Shown here one piece after another: positions 54,601 through 64,000 of a DNA stretch of 64,000 nt. Every line of letters starts with the position of its first letter. Positions within the stretch are counted from its first letter, which is position 1. Under the pieces are notes generated by a model. That model searched no databases. It was not told where the DNA came from and was given only the letters and a program-made list of their open reading frames with translations. Origin of the DNA: Heteronotia binoei (Eukaryota). Both the position numbers and the translations under genes were made by a program. The stretch lies in NCBI RefSeq assembly GCF_032191835.1, contig NC_083227.1, positions 30,256,001-30,320,000 on the forward strand, in the 5' to 3' direction.

Positions 54601-57600
54601 TGGATATGCTTAGGTCATTTTAATTTCCTTCATGGTCTTTTCTCTTAATATTTTTGCACTTTAATAAATCATATTTTTAAACTTTGTTTGGATTCTTATC
54701 TCCTGTAAGCTCAAAGGCCTAAATCCAGAAGCCCAGGACCAGACCACCTCCTGGGTAACGTTTTAGTTTTAGAAACTCAGGCTGCAGTCCTACCTTGCAT
54801 GGCTGACTTTCTTGTTAATTCTCTGAGAGGCCAAGAAGCTTGTCTTTTCACACCTGTGTTGTGGGCATAGTCAGAAAAGACTGATAAAAGATACCTAGTC
54901 TAGAGTGAGAATTAGTCTCTTTCTGGTATTTTGTAACTTGCTTTGCCTTTCTTACCTTACCAAGGTCTTCTCATCCTAGGCTTGGGGTGAGCAAGACCTT
55001 GACAGGGACTTTCCCTCTTTCTCTGCTATCAGCATTATTAGTGTCTCTAGGCCCTTTGTGCATTTCTGCCTTCATTTCTTTGCTCTACTGGTGGGAACTC
55101 TGGATTGGATAGAGGGTGGTTTAGCATTGTTTCTCTCCAGGTATGAAGAAAAGGAGAGGTCTGAGAAACCAGTGACTTTTCCTCTTGCATTGAAGTGGAG
55201 GATCTGGGACTTCCGTAACATCAATCACTTGCTGGAAAGGGTCCGGAAGCAGCTGCAAGGTAATAAAGAAAAGCTTCAGAGATATCATTGTGTGAGGCCA
55301 TATATAAGTGTGGAACTTTCCAGGTCACGTGTATGACTAGCAGGGCCAGGTGGACAGGGAATTTGTATGCCAGTTCCAAAAGTTCATGGAAAGTTTTCTG
55401 ATCAAAATTCCTCCTGTGGCTTTAGCACACTACTTCATTATCTGGATTTTTTCACAGCGGGTTTGCATTTTGATCATTTGGTCATTCCTGCTGTGCCCAT
55501 TCATTGCTGAACTGCGATGTTAGGGCAGAACAGGCCTAATACAAATTAACAGTATAAAATGTTTCCATTATTTATATTTGTCATTTTTTTAAATGATTCA
55601 TTGCCAGATATAAGAAGAAATGTGTAGCCTGACCCTTCAAGAATTCTACTAATTCCAGCACAGTAGCATTATAATGAACTGCTGAAAGAGGGAAAGAACT
55701 GCTGACATGATTTTTTCAAATAAAAAGTCTCTAGCCCTTTTCATGGCAGGGAAATAAGAGATTCACCTTCCTTTTTGCATTTCAGCAACAAAAGAGTTTA
55801 GACACTCTTTAAAGTAAATAAAAGTTGGGAATTCAGAGGAACTACTAGTAGTATAGAAAGTAGTGTGTGTGAGAAGGGGAAATAACAGCCACTGGGAAGA
55901 AGGAGGCAAGTTAAAAGTGGGACATTGAGAAATGCAACCTTCTTTCAGCATAGCATAAAAAAATGCCTTTTGGCTGCAATCATTCCAAAAAGATTGTATC
56001 AAACAGAGTTTGGGAATGTGCAGAGGAGAAATCTCAGGAAGTGGAGGATTTGGTGACAACATTGTGTGGGTCTTCCCGAAAGCCCACTGCAGTTTGGATG
56101 CAAAACTTCTGTGTGGAAACATCCTAAGCGTCTCTGGATTGGATTTCTGGGCTGCAGTCATTAACATACTTTCTGCGAAGCAAGTCTGAAGTCATTCAAA
56201 GCAGTTAACCCCTGGATAACCACGTTCAGGATCACTTTTTTCTCCTTTAATGGTTAAGTGTCAGTTTGCCAAATGTGTTCCGTTTTTCCTTTATGGTCTC
56301 AGTTCAACAGCCATAATTAGGAACAGAGAGCAAACTCATATTAAGTGTAAGCAAATTTGAATATTTGCACATCAGTAAAATTTGGGGGAGATTCATCAGT
56401 GAAGTGGCTGCTGCTTAACCCATCAGCTAAAGCTGAGAAGAAATGTTAACTGATTGCTTGTTTTCTGTTCCATTCATTTCCTCAGACAATCTGGATTCTG
56501 GACTTCACCTGCAGAAAGGTACATTTTGTGCATAAATTTAATTATTTCTGAGCTTAAAAGCTTGCCCTCACAATCTGTGTTCTTCTACTTGAGTGTTTCT
56601 TCAGTAATAAGATTCTGTAAACACTCTTGTTTGTCCCTCAAAACCAGTGGATGTGGAGGGTCCCTTTAGTCTCCAGGGCTCGTGGCCACTGACAGACATC
56701 TTCTCCATGAATCTGTCTAATCCCCCTTTTAAAGCCATCTATGCCCATGGCCATCACTATATCCTCTGGCAGCAAATTCCATGTTTTATTCACTAGTAGA
56801 TTAAAGAAATATTTCCTTTTGTCCAGTCAATTGTAGCATGGTCCTGAAGCCCCTGTTTCTCTCTAAAAGTCACAGGCATCTTGTGCATACACAAAGTTTC
56901 AAAGGAATGTAAATCCCACTCTCCTTCCATCCCCCAAGTTTCCCCTGCTGTGAAGCAGAGAAACAATTATGGGAGTGTTTTCAGCTATGTTTTAAGAGAG
57001 ACACCTGGAATGATAGGAAAGGAGGAATTTATAAATTTTAAAGCAAAAAAATGACAGGTTGGTTTAGGGTCTGGAGGAGGATTTTTGTAAGCCCTTGGTC
57101 AATCTGTTGCTAGCTTTAGCTGAGATTTCAGACCCATTCTAATCAGAGAAGGAGAAATTCTGACCAAAGGAGAAAACATCCGAATCCCGAATGCATCTTT
57201 GGAAATGTTAAAGATGTGAGTAGAAGTGTCATTCTTGGGATACATGTAGGGTTAGGACTAGATCCATTTTGCAAGTTCAACCTTTCATTGGCTCATTTTC
57301 ACTTGATCAGCAGTTTTGTTCATAATGGCAGAGGAGATACACAATGATCCGTGTTTCCCTCTCAAGGTGCCTCTTTGATAAAGGATTAGAGGGACAGGCT
57401 TTGTTCACCTGGGTTCTTACTTTCTCTCCAGGCCCAGGAAGCCTGTTCTTCCTTCCATAAAATTAAAAAGAAGAAAAGTGAAACAGAAAAAGCCACAGTA
57501 GGAGAAATGTCTAAACAACCAACCAGATCAGGGAAATCCATAGAGAACAAATATACCTGGGACACTAACAACTAACAACAACATTGCCAGTTGTCTCCCT

Positions 57601-58148
57601 GCTGAACCTGTTTCCTTCTGCCCTCAACAGCAGCAAATGTGACTCTGGATCCAGACACAGCCCATCCCCAACTCATCCTGTCTGAGGACTGGAAAAGTGT
57701 GAGAGAAGGAGAAAAGGCTCAAGTTCTGCCCAAGAATTCTAAGAGATTTGACCATTTTTGTTGTGTTCTGGGCAATGAGGGATTCAGAGCTGGCCACCAT
57801 TTCTGGGAAGTCCTTGTGGGAAGTGTGGAAGAATGGATGGTGGGGGTGGCCAAGAAGTTTGTGAGGAGGAAGGGAACGTTGTCCTTTAGCCCTGAGGAAG
57901 GGTTCTGGCTGGTGGGGAGATGGGGGGGCCATTACAGAGCTTCCATAAAAGGCTGCTATTCTCCCCTGACCCTAAGCAGAGAGCTCAAGAGGATCCGGGT
58001 GTGTCTGAACTACACTGGGGGACGAGTGGCCTTTTTTGATGCTGAAAGAGCAGCCCTTCTCTATGAGTTCTCTGGTGTCTCCTTCTCTGGAGAGACCCTC
58101 CTGCCCTTCTTTTGGGTGCATTTGAAAGGCCACCTCCAACTTTGTTAA
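45643..58148 (+). CDS. Intact TRIM E3 ligase (TRIM39/TRIM27-like class), RING-Bbox2-Bbox2-coiled coil-PRY/SPRY, 529 aa
   Basis: Exons 45643-46050, 48353-48517, 48925-49020 (96 nt), 49312-49542 (231 nt), 50719-50741 (23 nt), 55141-55259, 56486-56518, 57634-58148. All introns are GT-AG; 1590 nt open; C3HC4 RING; [11 protein letters not shown] and SPRY WEVLV motifs; AATAAA at 58175-58180. Confidence 0.92.
46172..46439 (-). mobile_element. Squam3-type SINE
   Basis: Full family match. Confidence 0.85.
47206..47329. repeat. Palindrome with a templated insertion in its loop
   Basis: 35-bp arms 47206-47240 and 47295-47329 (3 mismatches); 47258-47291 is identical to 48318-48351. Confidence 0.85.
49812..50329. 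mobile_element. hAT (Charlie-like) MITE
   Basis: TIR CAGGGGTGGGAAACC / GGTTCCCCACCCCTG; perfect TSD GTCTAGAG at 49804-49811 and 50330-50337. Confidence 0.9.
51430..53800 (-). mobile_element. CR1 3' fragment split by a hAT insertion (pieces 51430-51949 and 53737-53800)
   Basis: Minus-strand reading GCHIE|[15 protein letters not shown] is continuous across the insertion. Confidence 0.8.
51950..53736. mobile_element. 1.79-kb non-autonomous hAT element with internal cargo, copy 1
   Basis: Ends TAGCGTTTCCCA / TGGGAAACCCTG; perfect TSD CTCTATAT at 51942-51949 and 53737-53744; no transposase motif recognised. Confidence 0.85.
54056..55010. mobile_element. About 0.95-kb insertion specific to paralog B intron 5, solo-LTR-like
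   Basis: Absent at the homologous site of paralog A (about 39670); GGACT at both junctions; AATAAA near 54663; ends in TGACA. Confidence 0.45.
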
Positions 58149-59341
58149 GACAGTCATTTTGCACCAGGGCCATTAATAAAAATACTACTTAAGAGTCCTG
58201 TTTTATAGCTCTGCAAAGGTCTTCTCCAGAGTCCCAATCAGCAAAGCTGATGGATAAAATGGAGTCTGTTTTTCCCTCAGTTTCCTAGCATTCCCTCTTA
58301 CTTTTGTAGCTGATTTCAGATTGTGACAGTGCCCCATTTCATATTAAATAAATGTTAAATAAACTGGTCTGGACTAAAAAAAAGAGGTATAAACAGACCA
58401 GCCGGCTTCTGCTAACTCCCATAACCCTTAATCTTGCCTTCACCCCATTTTTTCTCACCCTCTCACCCCAATCTCTGCCAGTTGTGGACAGGAAGAGGTG
58501 CCCCTCCCCGTTCATTCATTACTTCTAGAGGAAGAGCTAGATAAGGTGTTTGGAAATCATTTGTCAGCTATCTCTCACACTTTCAAGTTTCGTTCAGCCC
58601 AGCTGTGGGGCAGATGTAGGATGGGGGGAAGGAGCAGTGTTTAACGCTTCCCTCATCCCTTTTTTGTGATGTAGAATTTCCTCCTTACCTCCACTGTACG
58701 TTGCATGTGCATGGGGGAAGACTGTTTTCAATGTGTTGAGATGCCTGTTCGTATTAAAGGTTTATCTTACCGTTATGAGTTTCATTGAAAAAAGTTCTTG
58801 TGCGAGGGAGTCCTGAGAAGACGGGAATATGGGCAGATCCATCATTACAAGTGACACAAATTAATGGGAAAGAAGGCATTTGTGGAGGGCAGTTCCTCCA
58901 TCTAAGACAGTTCTTTTCCTCTGGGCAAATCCTTTCTTCCCCCTCCTTTAGTCCAGAGCTAGACTGTAGCAAGCAGCTGTCTTCAGTGCTTGTCCTTGGA
59001 GCCCTTCACACCTGGACTGAGGCTTCTCCTGCTGCCTGTGACAGTCTCTTTCTTCACCTCTGCCACCCACCTTGGGTATCTGGCTCTTGCCCTGGACCCC
59101 ATTCTGCTGGAAGCCTTCCTGCCCAGTGATTGGTGAAGCAGCAAGTAGAAGCTGGGGAGGGAAGTGATGTCATGGCATTCTGTGATGTCACTCCTGGTTC
59201 TGTAGCCAACTCTCTCCCTGCCCCTACCCTACTATAGGAAGCTGCAAGCTCTCTTTGCAGCCTCACACTTGACTGGTTCTGTGCTCCTGTGAAAAAGCCA
59301 AGGGGGTGACTCTGGGCTGTTGCTGGGCAGGTTGTGACAAC

Positions 59342-59514
59342 CAGCGTTCTCTCTCAGCTGAGTTAGTATGAGCTAGCTCACAGTTTTTTAGCCTCCAGCT
59401 CACACATTTTTGTCTTAGCTCAGGAAAAATGGTTTCTGAGCAAAGTAATTTATGACAGTAGCTCATGAAGTAGAATTTTTGCTCACAGGACTCCACAGCT
59501 TAGAGGGAGCATTG
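59342..59514. mobile_element. hAT MITE (family of 11029-11230)
   Basis: Perfect TSD GTGACAAC at 59334-59341 and 59515-59522. Confidence 0.88.
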
Positions 59515-59999
59515 GTGACAACACTTTCTAGCCACACAGGCACCTCTTGATTATCTTCTTTGGTCATGTCTTTGCTGAAGGGTATGCTGTTACATTTCAT
59601 CCTCACAGCAACCCTCTGAGATAATTTAGGCCAAATGTTCCAGTGTGAATGTGGGCACTGGCTCCCAGCAGCATTAAGCAACTTCCTTCTCTCCTGCCCA
59701 GAGCTGGGGGGTCCTGTTCAGTAGTGTTCTGCCACTTCAGTGGATTAGAGGCTATTGTGATGAGGAAGACTCCAAAATTGCCTGATACAAATTGCATGGT
59801 TTATTGACACATGGTATATGTGGCAAAGATATTAACAAGCCCCTCCCCAAAAAAGATATACATGATTGTATTAAATATGGGATTGCCTGAGCAGGAAATA
59901 CATCAACAGGTAATCGATGGATCTAGATCAGAGCTTTAACACCAAAAAGAAAAGAAACTTTAACGCCTGCCCTTCAGAGGAGAGAATGAACGGGGAGAT

Positions 60000-60240
60000 A
60001 TTTGTGAGTTTCCTGCATTGTGCAGGGGGTTGGAATAGATGTCCCTGAAGGTCCCTTCCAACTCTGATTCTGTGAAAAGGCACAGGTTAATTTCCCCATG
60101 TTTGGTTTTCATAAGAACAAAAGAAGTCATGTTGGATCAGATCACTGGTCCATCCAGTCAAACGCTGTGTCTCATAGCGTCCAAAAAACCAGGTGCCACC
60201 AGGAGTGGGGCCAGGACACTAGAAGCCCTCTCTGGCAGCG
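60000..60240. mobile_element. Two short CR1 3' ends in opposite orientation
   Basis: GGTCCCTTCCAACTCTGATTCTGTGA tail (plus, 60003-60075); CATAAGAAC..GTCATGTTGGATCAG tail (minus, 60110-60240). Confidence 0.65.
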
Positions 60241-60992
60241 AGACATACAAACATGGATTTAATTTTTTTTGTGGCTATTATTTCTCTATGACATATAACC
60301 TATTAGTCTCTGGAGTTTTATACAGGAATGATGAGCCACACTAACCCCATTTTGATTTTGCAGCTTCCATAAGCCCTCTGATTCCAGGAGGAAGGGTCAA
60401 AGTCTTGTTACATCATCTGTGATCCTGCCTGGCAAAGGAGTTCATCAACAGTTGGCATACTTTCACATTGGATATCCTTGTTTTTCCAGTTGGTGGAACT
60501 CCCTTTAGGCTTTCTGGTGTTCCAGCACATGGCTTTGCATTTACAGGATGCTTAGAGAAATCCCCAAGGTGACCATGGTTAGATGGGGCTTTGTGAAGGA
60601 GTCCAAGCCTGAACCCCATGGGTTCACAGGGCTAGTGTGCACAAGAAACCAGACCTTTATTTTTTAAAATGAAGTTTATTTAAATACTTTCTGAAAGTGT
60701 TTTCCTAGGCAACACAACAATCTAAAGTCCTTGCATCAAAACAAAACAAGAAAAGCTAACTTTCCTAACATGTTTGTACTTTGTGTTAGATAGAACAATC
60801 TTAAGCCATGTCCTTTGACTTTTTGGGACTCTTAAGTATTCTCTACATAGTCATCTGTCACAACATGAGTCCTGGACTTAATCTATGAGAATCTCAAAGC
60901 CCCCTTTTCTCTCAGGTTCTTAGCTCAATTATAGTCTTGATCCAGATGGTGACAATCCAATCAGGACACCTTTCCACTGGAATCCTCTAGAA

Positions 60993-62980
60993 CACTGTTT
61001 CCCATTTGCAGGGTTGGGACCCGGTACCGGGCCATGGAAGCCTCACTACCGGGTCACAAGAAAAGCCAAAGCTAGCCCCACCCCTAGCAAAGCATGACTT
61101 CTGCTCTGCTTCCTTCCTTCCACCGTGTCTCTGTTGCGCAGAGAAAAGCTAGCCTTGAAGACTGACACAGGCTGCAAAGCCTGAGCTTCATTTGGCTTCC
61201 TTCCTTCCCCCATCTCTATGTTGCGCAGAGAAAAGCTAGCCTTGAAGACTGACACAGGCTGCAAAGCCTGAGCTCTGTTTGGCTTCCTTCCCCCGTCTCT
61301 GTGTTGTGCAGAGAGGAGCTGGACTGCCTCTCCTTCCATCTACCCCTCTCCCAGTGTTTGAGAGAAAAGCTGGCATCCACTGGCACTTTAGATCCATGAA
61401 GTGTTCTTCAAGGTATGAGCTTTCATGTGCCTTGCAGTATGTTCTTTTGGGGAGATTTCCCTGGGAGGCCTGGGCAGAAAAGAAGGGGTGTGTGTTTTTT
61501 TCAGCCAGGAGGGGTGAGGAATGGGCATTCCAGTAGCTATTTTTTTTACCAAATGACCCTGGGCAGAATTGTTGCTGGCTGGGGTAGTCTGATGGTGAGT
61601 AAGGCGTTTTTCCCCTTTGTACCCCCCTCTTTCTTTTCCCTTCTGCAAGGGCTCTGTCTGTATTCTTGGTGCTGGGGGTGGAGGGAAGCAACATTGGGAG
61701 GGCTTCTAGTGCCCTGGCCCCACTGGTGGACATTCTGGTGCTTTTTGGGCATTGCATGAGAGAATTTTGGACTGGATGGTCCACTGGTCTGATCCAACAT
61801 GGCTTCTCTTATGTTCTTTCTTTCCATGTCTTTTCCTTTCCTTCCATTTTGATTGGATGAAACTTTTCTGTTCATCATACTGTTGCAGACATAGGAGCTC
61901 TGTCAATGAAAAATTGGCACCCCCAGTTGTAGCCAGCTGGCCTTTCTATGAGATTTCTGTGTGAATGAGTGAGAGTTAGAGGTGTGGGCAATAAAGAGAT
62001 TTTTGGAGATTACTGCTGTATATCTCAACAGCACTGGAAGTGATTGTACTATGAACTTGGCACCATTTTACTGGTCCTGCTTTTAACAGCTGTCTGACAC
62101 CAAAATTAAACTCCTGTAGATATTAAAAAGGATGAAAGAAGTTCACTGGCTAAATATCTGCACAACAGGTTGCTTTTAAAGACATGGGAAACACAGCCAG
62201 TAAAAAGCTGCAAGACCCTAATAAATATCCTTTCTGGGATAACTGCAGAAAAGCTTGTATGGACTTCATATAACTCGAAATTAATTCATTAATTGCAGTA
62301 CAATTCTCTGCTGCCTTTCACAGCAATTTCCCAGTGTTTCAGTCAAGCAAAAGTATGAAAAACAGCTGTCAAAAGATTTTCTTGAAACCAAGCAAGCTTG
62401 GTTGTAGCTTGAGGCAGGGTTCCGGTAGTAGCAGCTGAAGGAAGGGCCTACTAAATGTGCCAGCATATTTTGAGTTGCAACGGCTGCCAGAGCCCAGTGT
62501 GGGTGGTACACAGTACTGGCATTCCTGATAATGGCAACAGCATTTCCAACTGCATACACTGCCCAGTGCTGTTGAGGAAGGGGTGTGTAAGTGGTGCAGG
62601 CAATTGAACATGGGCATTAGGAGTGCTTACAAGCTGGAGAAGAACACACAAACAGATGGGTGCTTGCAGGTGTGAGGGTGGAAAGAGGACCCTGGGAATG
62701 TATGAAAAAGTTGCAGACCACTCACTTTCCACTCCCATTTTGGCTCAGCATGAGTTTTAGAGAGATTTTTCTGAAAACGAAGTTACTTCATAAGAAGAGG
62801 CAAGTTTGGGGGAGTGCCCTGGAAGTGACATCCCAGGAAAAGGCGGAGTGTTGGTTCAGTGTGCCCTGGAAGTGACATCACTTGGCCCTTGACCTGGAAG
62901 TGACACCACAGGAAATTACATAATTCCTATCTCCCGGCTCCACCCAACCCCCAAATTTTAGTGGGCCACAAAGGAGAAGG
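60993..62980. mobile_element. Copy 2 of the cargo-carrying hAT element, right TIR missing
   Basis: Collinear with 51950-53695 from CACTGTTTCCCATTTGCAGGG to GTGGGCCA.AAGGAGAA; has an internal 87-bp tandem duplication and a longer CR1 tail. Confidence 0.85.
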
Positions 62981-63539
62981 TTATATCATCACTCCTACTT
63001 TCCCCCTCCCATCCTGTGTGCCACAGGTTTGCATGAAGAGCCACTTGCCACATTCCTAACTCCGGCCTTGAAGATGATAAGGGCCATGTAAGCAGAGAGG
63101 CCCCTTTACTAACACCTGCAAGATGGAACAGCCCCCTTAGTGTTCACATTAACCCTTGGGTGGAATTGGGGTGATGTGCCTCACAGGCTTCAAGAAAGTG
63201 TACCCTCCATATGTTTGGGACACAGTTTCATGCAATCAGGTAGCAGGCAACATTGACCGGCAAACATCAAGATCACAGGAGCTTCTGTCTATGAACTAAA
63301 GCATTTCAGAACTACAGGAAGGTGCCTGGATTCATTCCTTTTAAAAACACCCCTCTCTCAGAACAAAAGCCTTAGTGATAAACTTCTTCAGCAAGCTGTG
63401 AGTTTCCTTCCACAATCATTCTCCTTGTAGGCTTCAGTTGGCACACAATTACCTCAGTTGCTGCCCAGGAAGTGTGATCTTTAGGTCGTTGCTGGGCTCA
63501 CACCCCTCGAAAGCAAGGAAATGCCTACATAAACATTCT

Positions 63540-64000
63540 AAGACACCCACGGCAAGGTAATTGAGAAAGTAGCTGAGCAGCTCCAGGGCTTCCCGGAGGA
63601 CACATCAGTGCTCGACCTATTTCAGTCAGGTTTCCACCCTGGCCACAGGACTGAGACTGTCCTGGTTGCTCTAACAGACGACCTCTGAATGCAGCTGGAC
63701 CGGGGTGGGTGGGCACTGCTATTACTATTAGATCTCACAGCAGTATTTGACACAGTTGACTACGATCTGTTGCCTCACCGCTTTGCCAACGTGAGAATAT
63801 GTGGGTTAGCCTTACAATGGCTCTTCTCTTTTTCTCCACGGATGGGGATAGAGGGTGGTGCAAGGAGAGGATGTGTTCGCAAAACACCCCCTGGTTTGTG
63901 GGGTTCCTCAAGGGGCACTCCTTTCCCAGGTGTTGTTTAACATCTGCATGCGCCCCCTTGCCCAGCTGGTACGGAGTTTTGGGCTAGGGTGTCATCAATA
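63540..64000 (+). mobile_element. L2 LINE reverse transcriptase fragment (runs off the window)
   Basis: FQSGFHPGHRTETVLVALTDDL*...LLLLLDLTAVFDTVDYDLL. Confidence 0.88.

Overview
Vertebrate DNA, inferred to be squamate and probably gecko from its SINE/LINE content. It is repeat-rich and has one assembly gap (11928-12186). Three host loci lie on the + strand. (1) A spliceable KRAB-A/B C2H2 zinc-finger gene: 6 coding exons at 17571-22005, about 792 aa, 18 intact fingers. (2) A TRIM pseudogene (paralog A, 29656-42612) with all 8 exons retained but disabled by frameshifts and a nonsense codon. (3) An intact TRIM gene (paralog B, 45643-58148, 8 exons, 529 aa) with the unusual architecture RING / B-box2 / B-box2 / coiled-coil / PRY-SPRY and a triple IRF-type motif just upstream of its ATG. 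Relics of further paralogs (an orphan 33-nt-type exon and a RING fragment) lie between the two TRIMs. The remainder is nested mobile DNA: CR1, L2 and Penelope fragments (with hammerhead-ribozyme core relics), Squam1/2/3-type SINEs, and many hAT MITEs with verifiable 8-bp TSDs, including a 1.8-kb cargo-carrying hAT present twice. The best candidates for novelty are the double B-box2 TRIM, the loop-focused divergence of its PRY-SPRY domain, and a 34-bp templated copy of the B-box exon acceptor region inserted into the tip of a palindrome. Exon models were built by hand from GT-AG sites and phase checks. TE family names come from motif recognition, not database searches.
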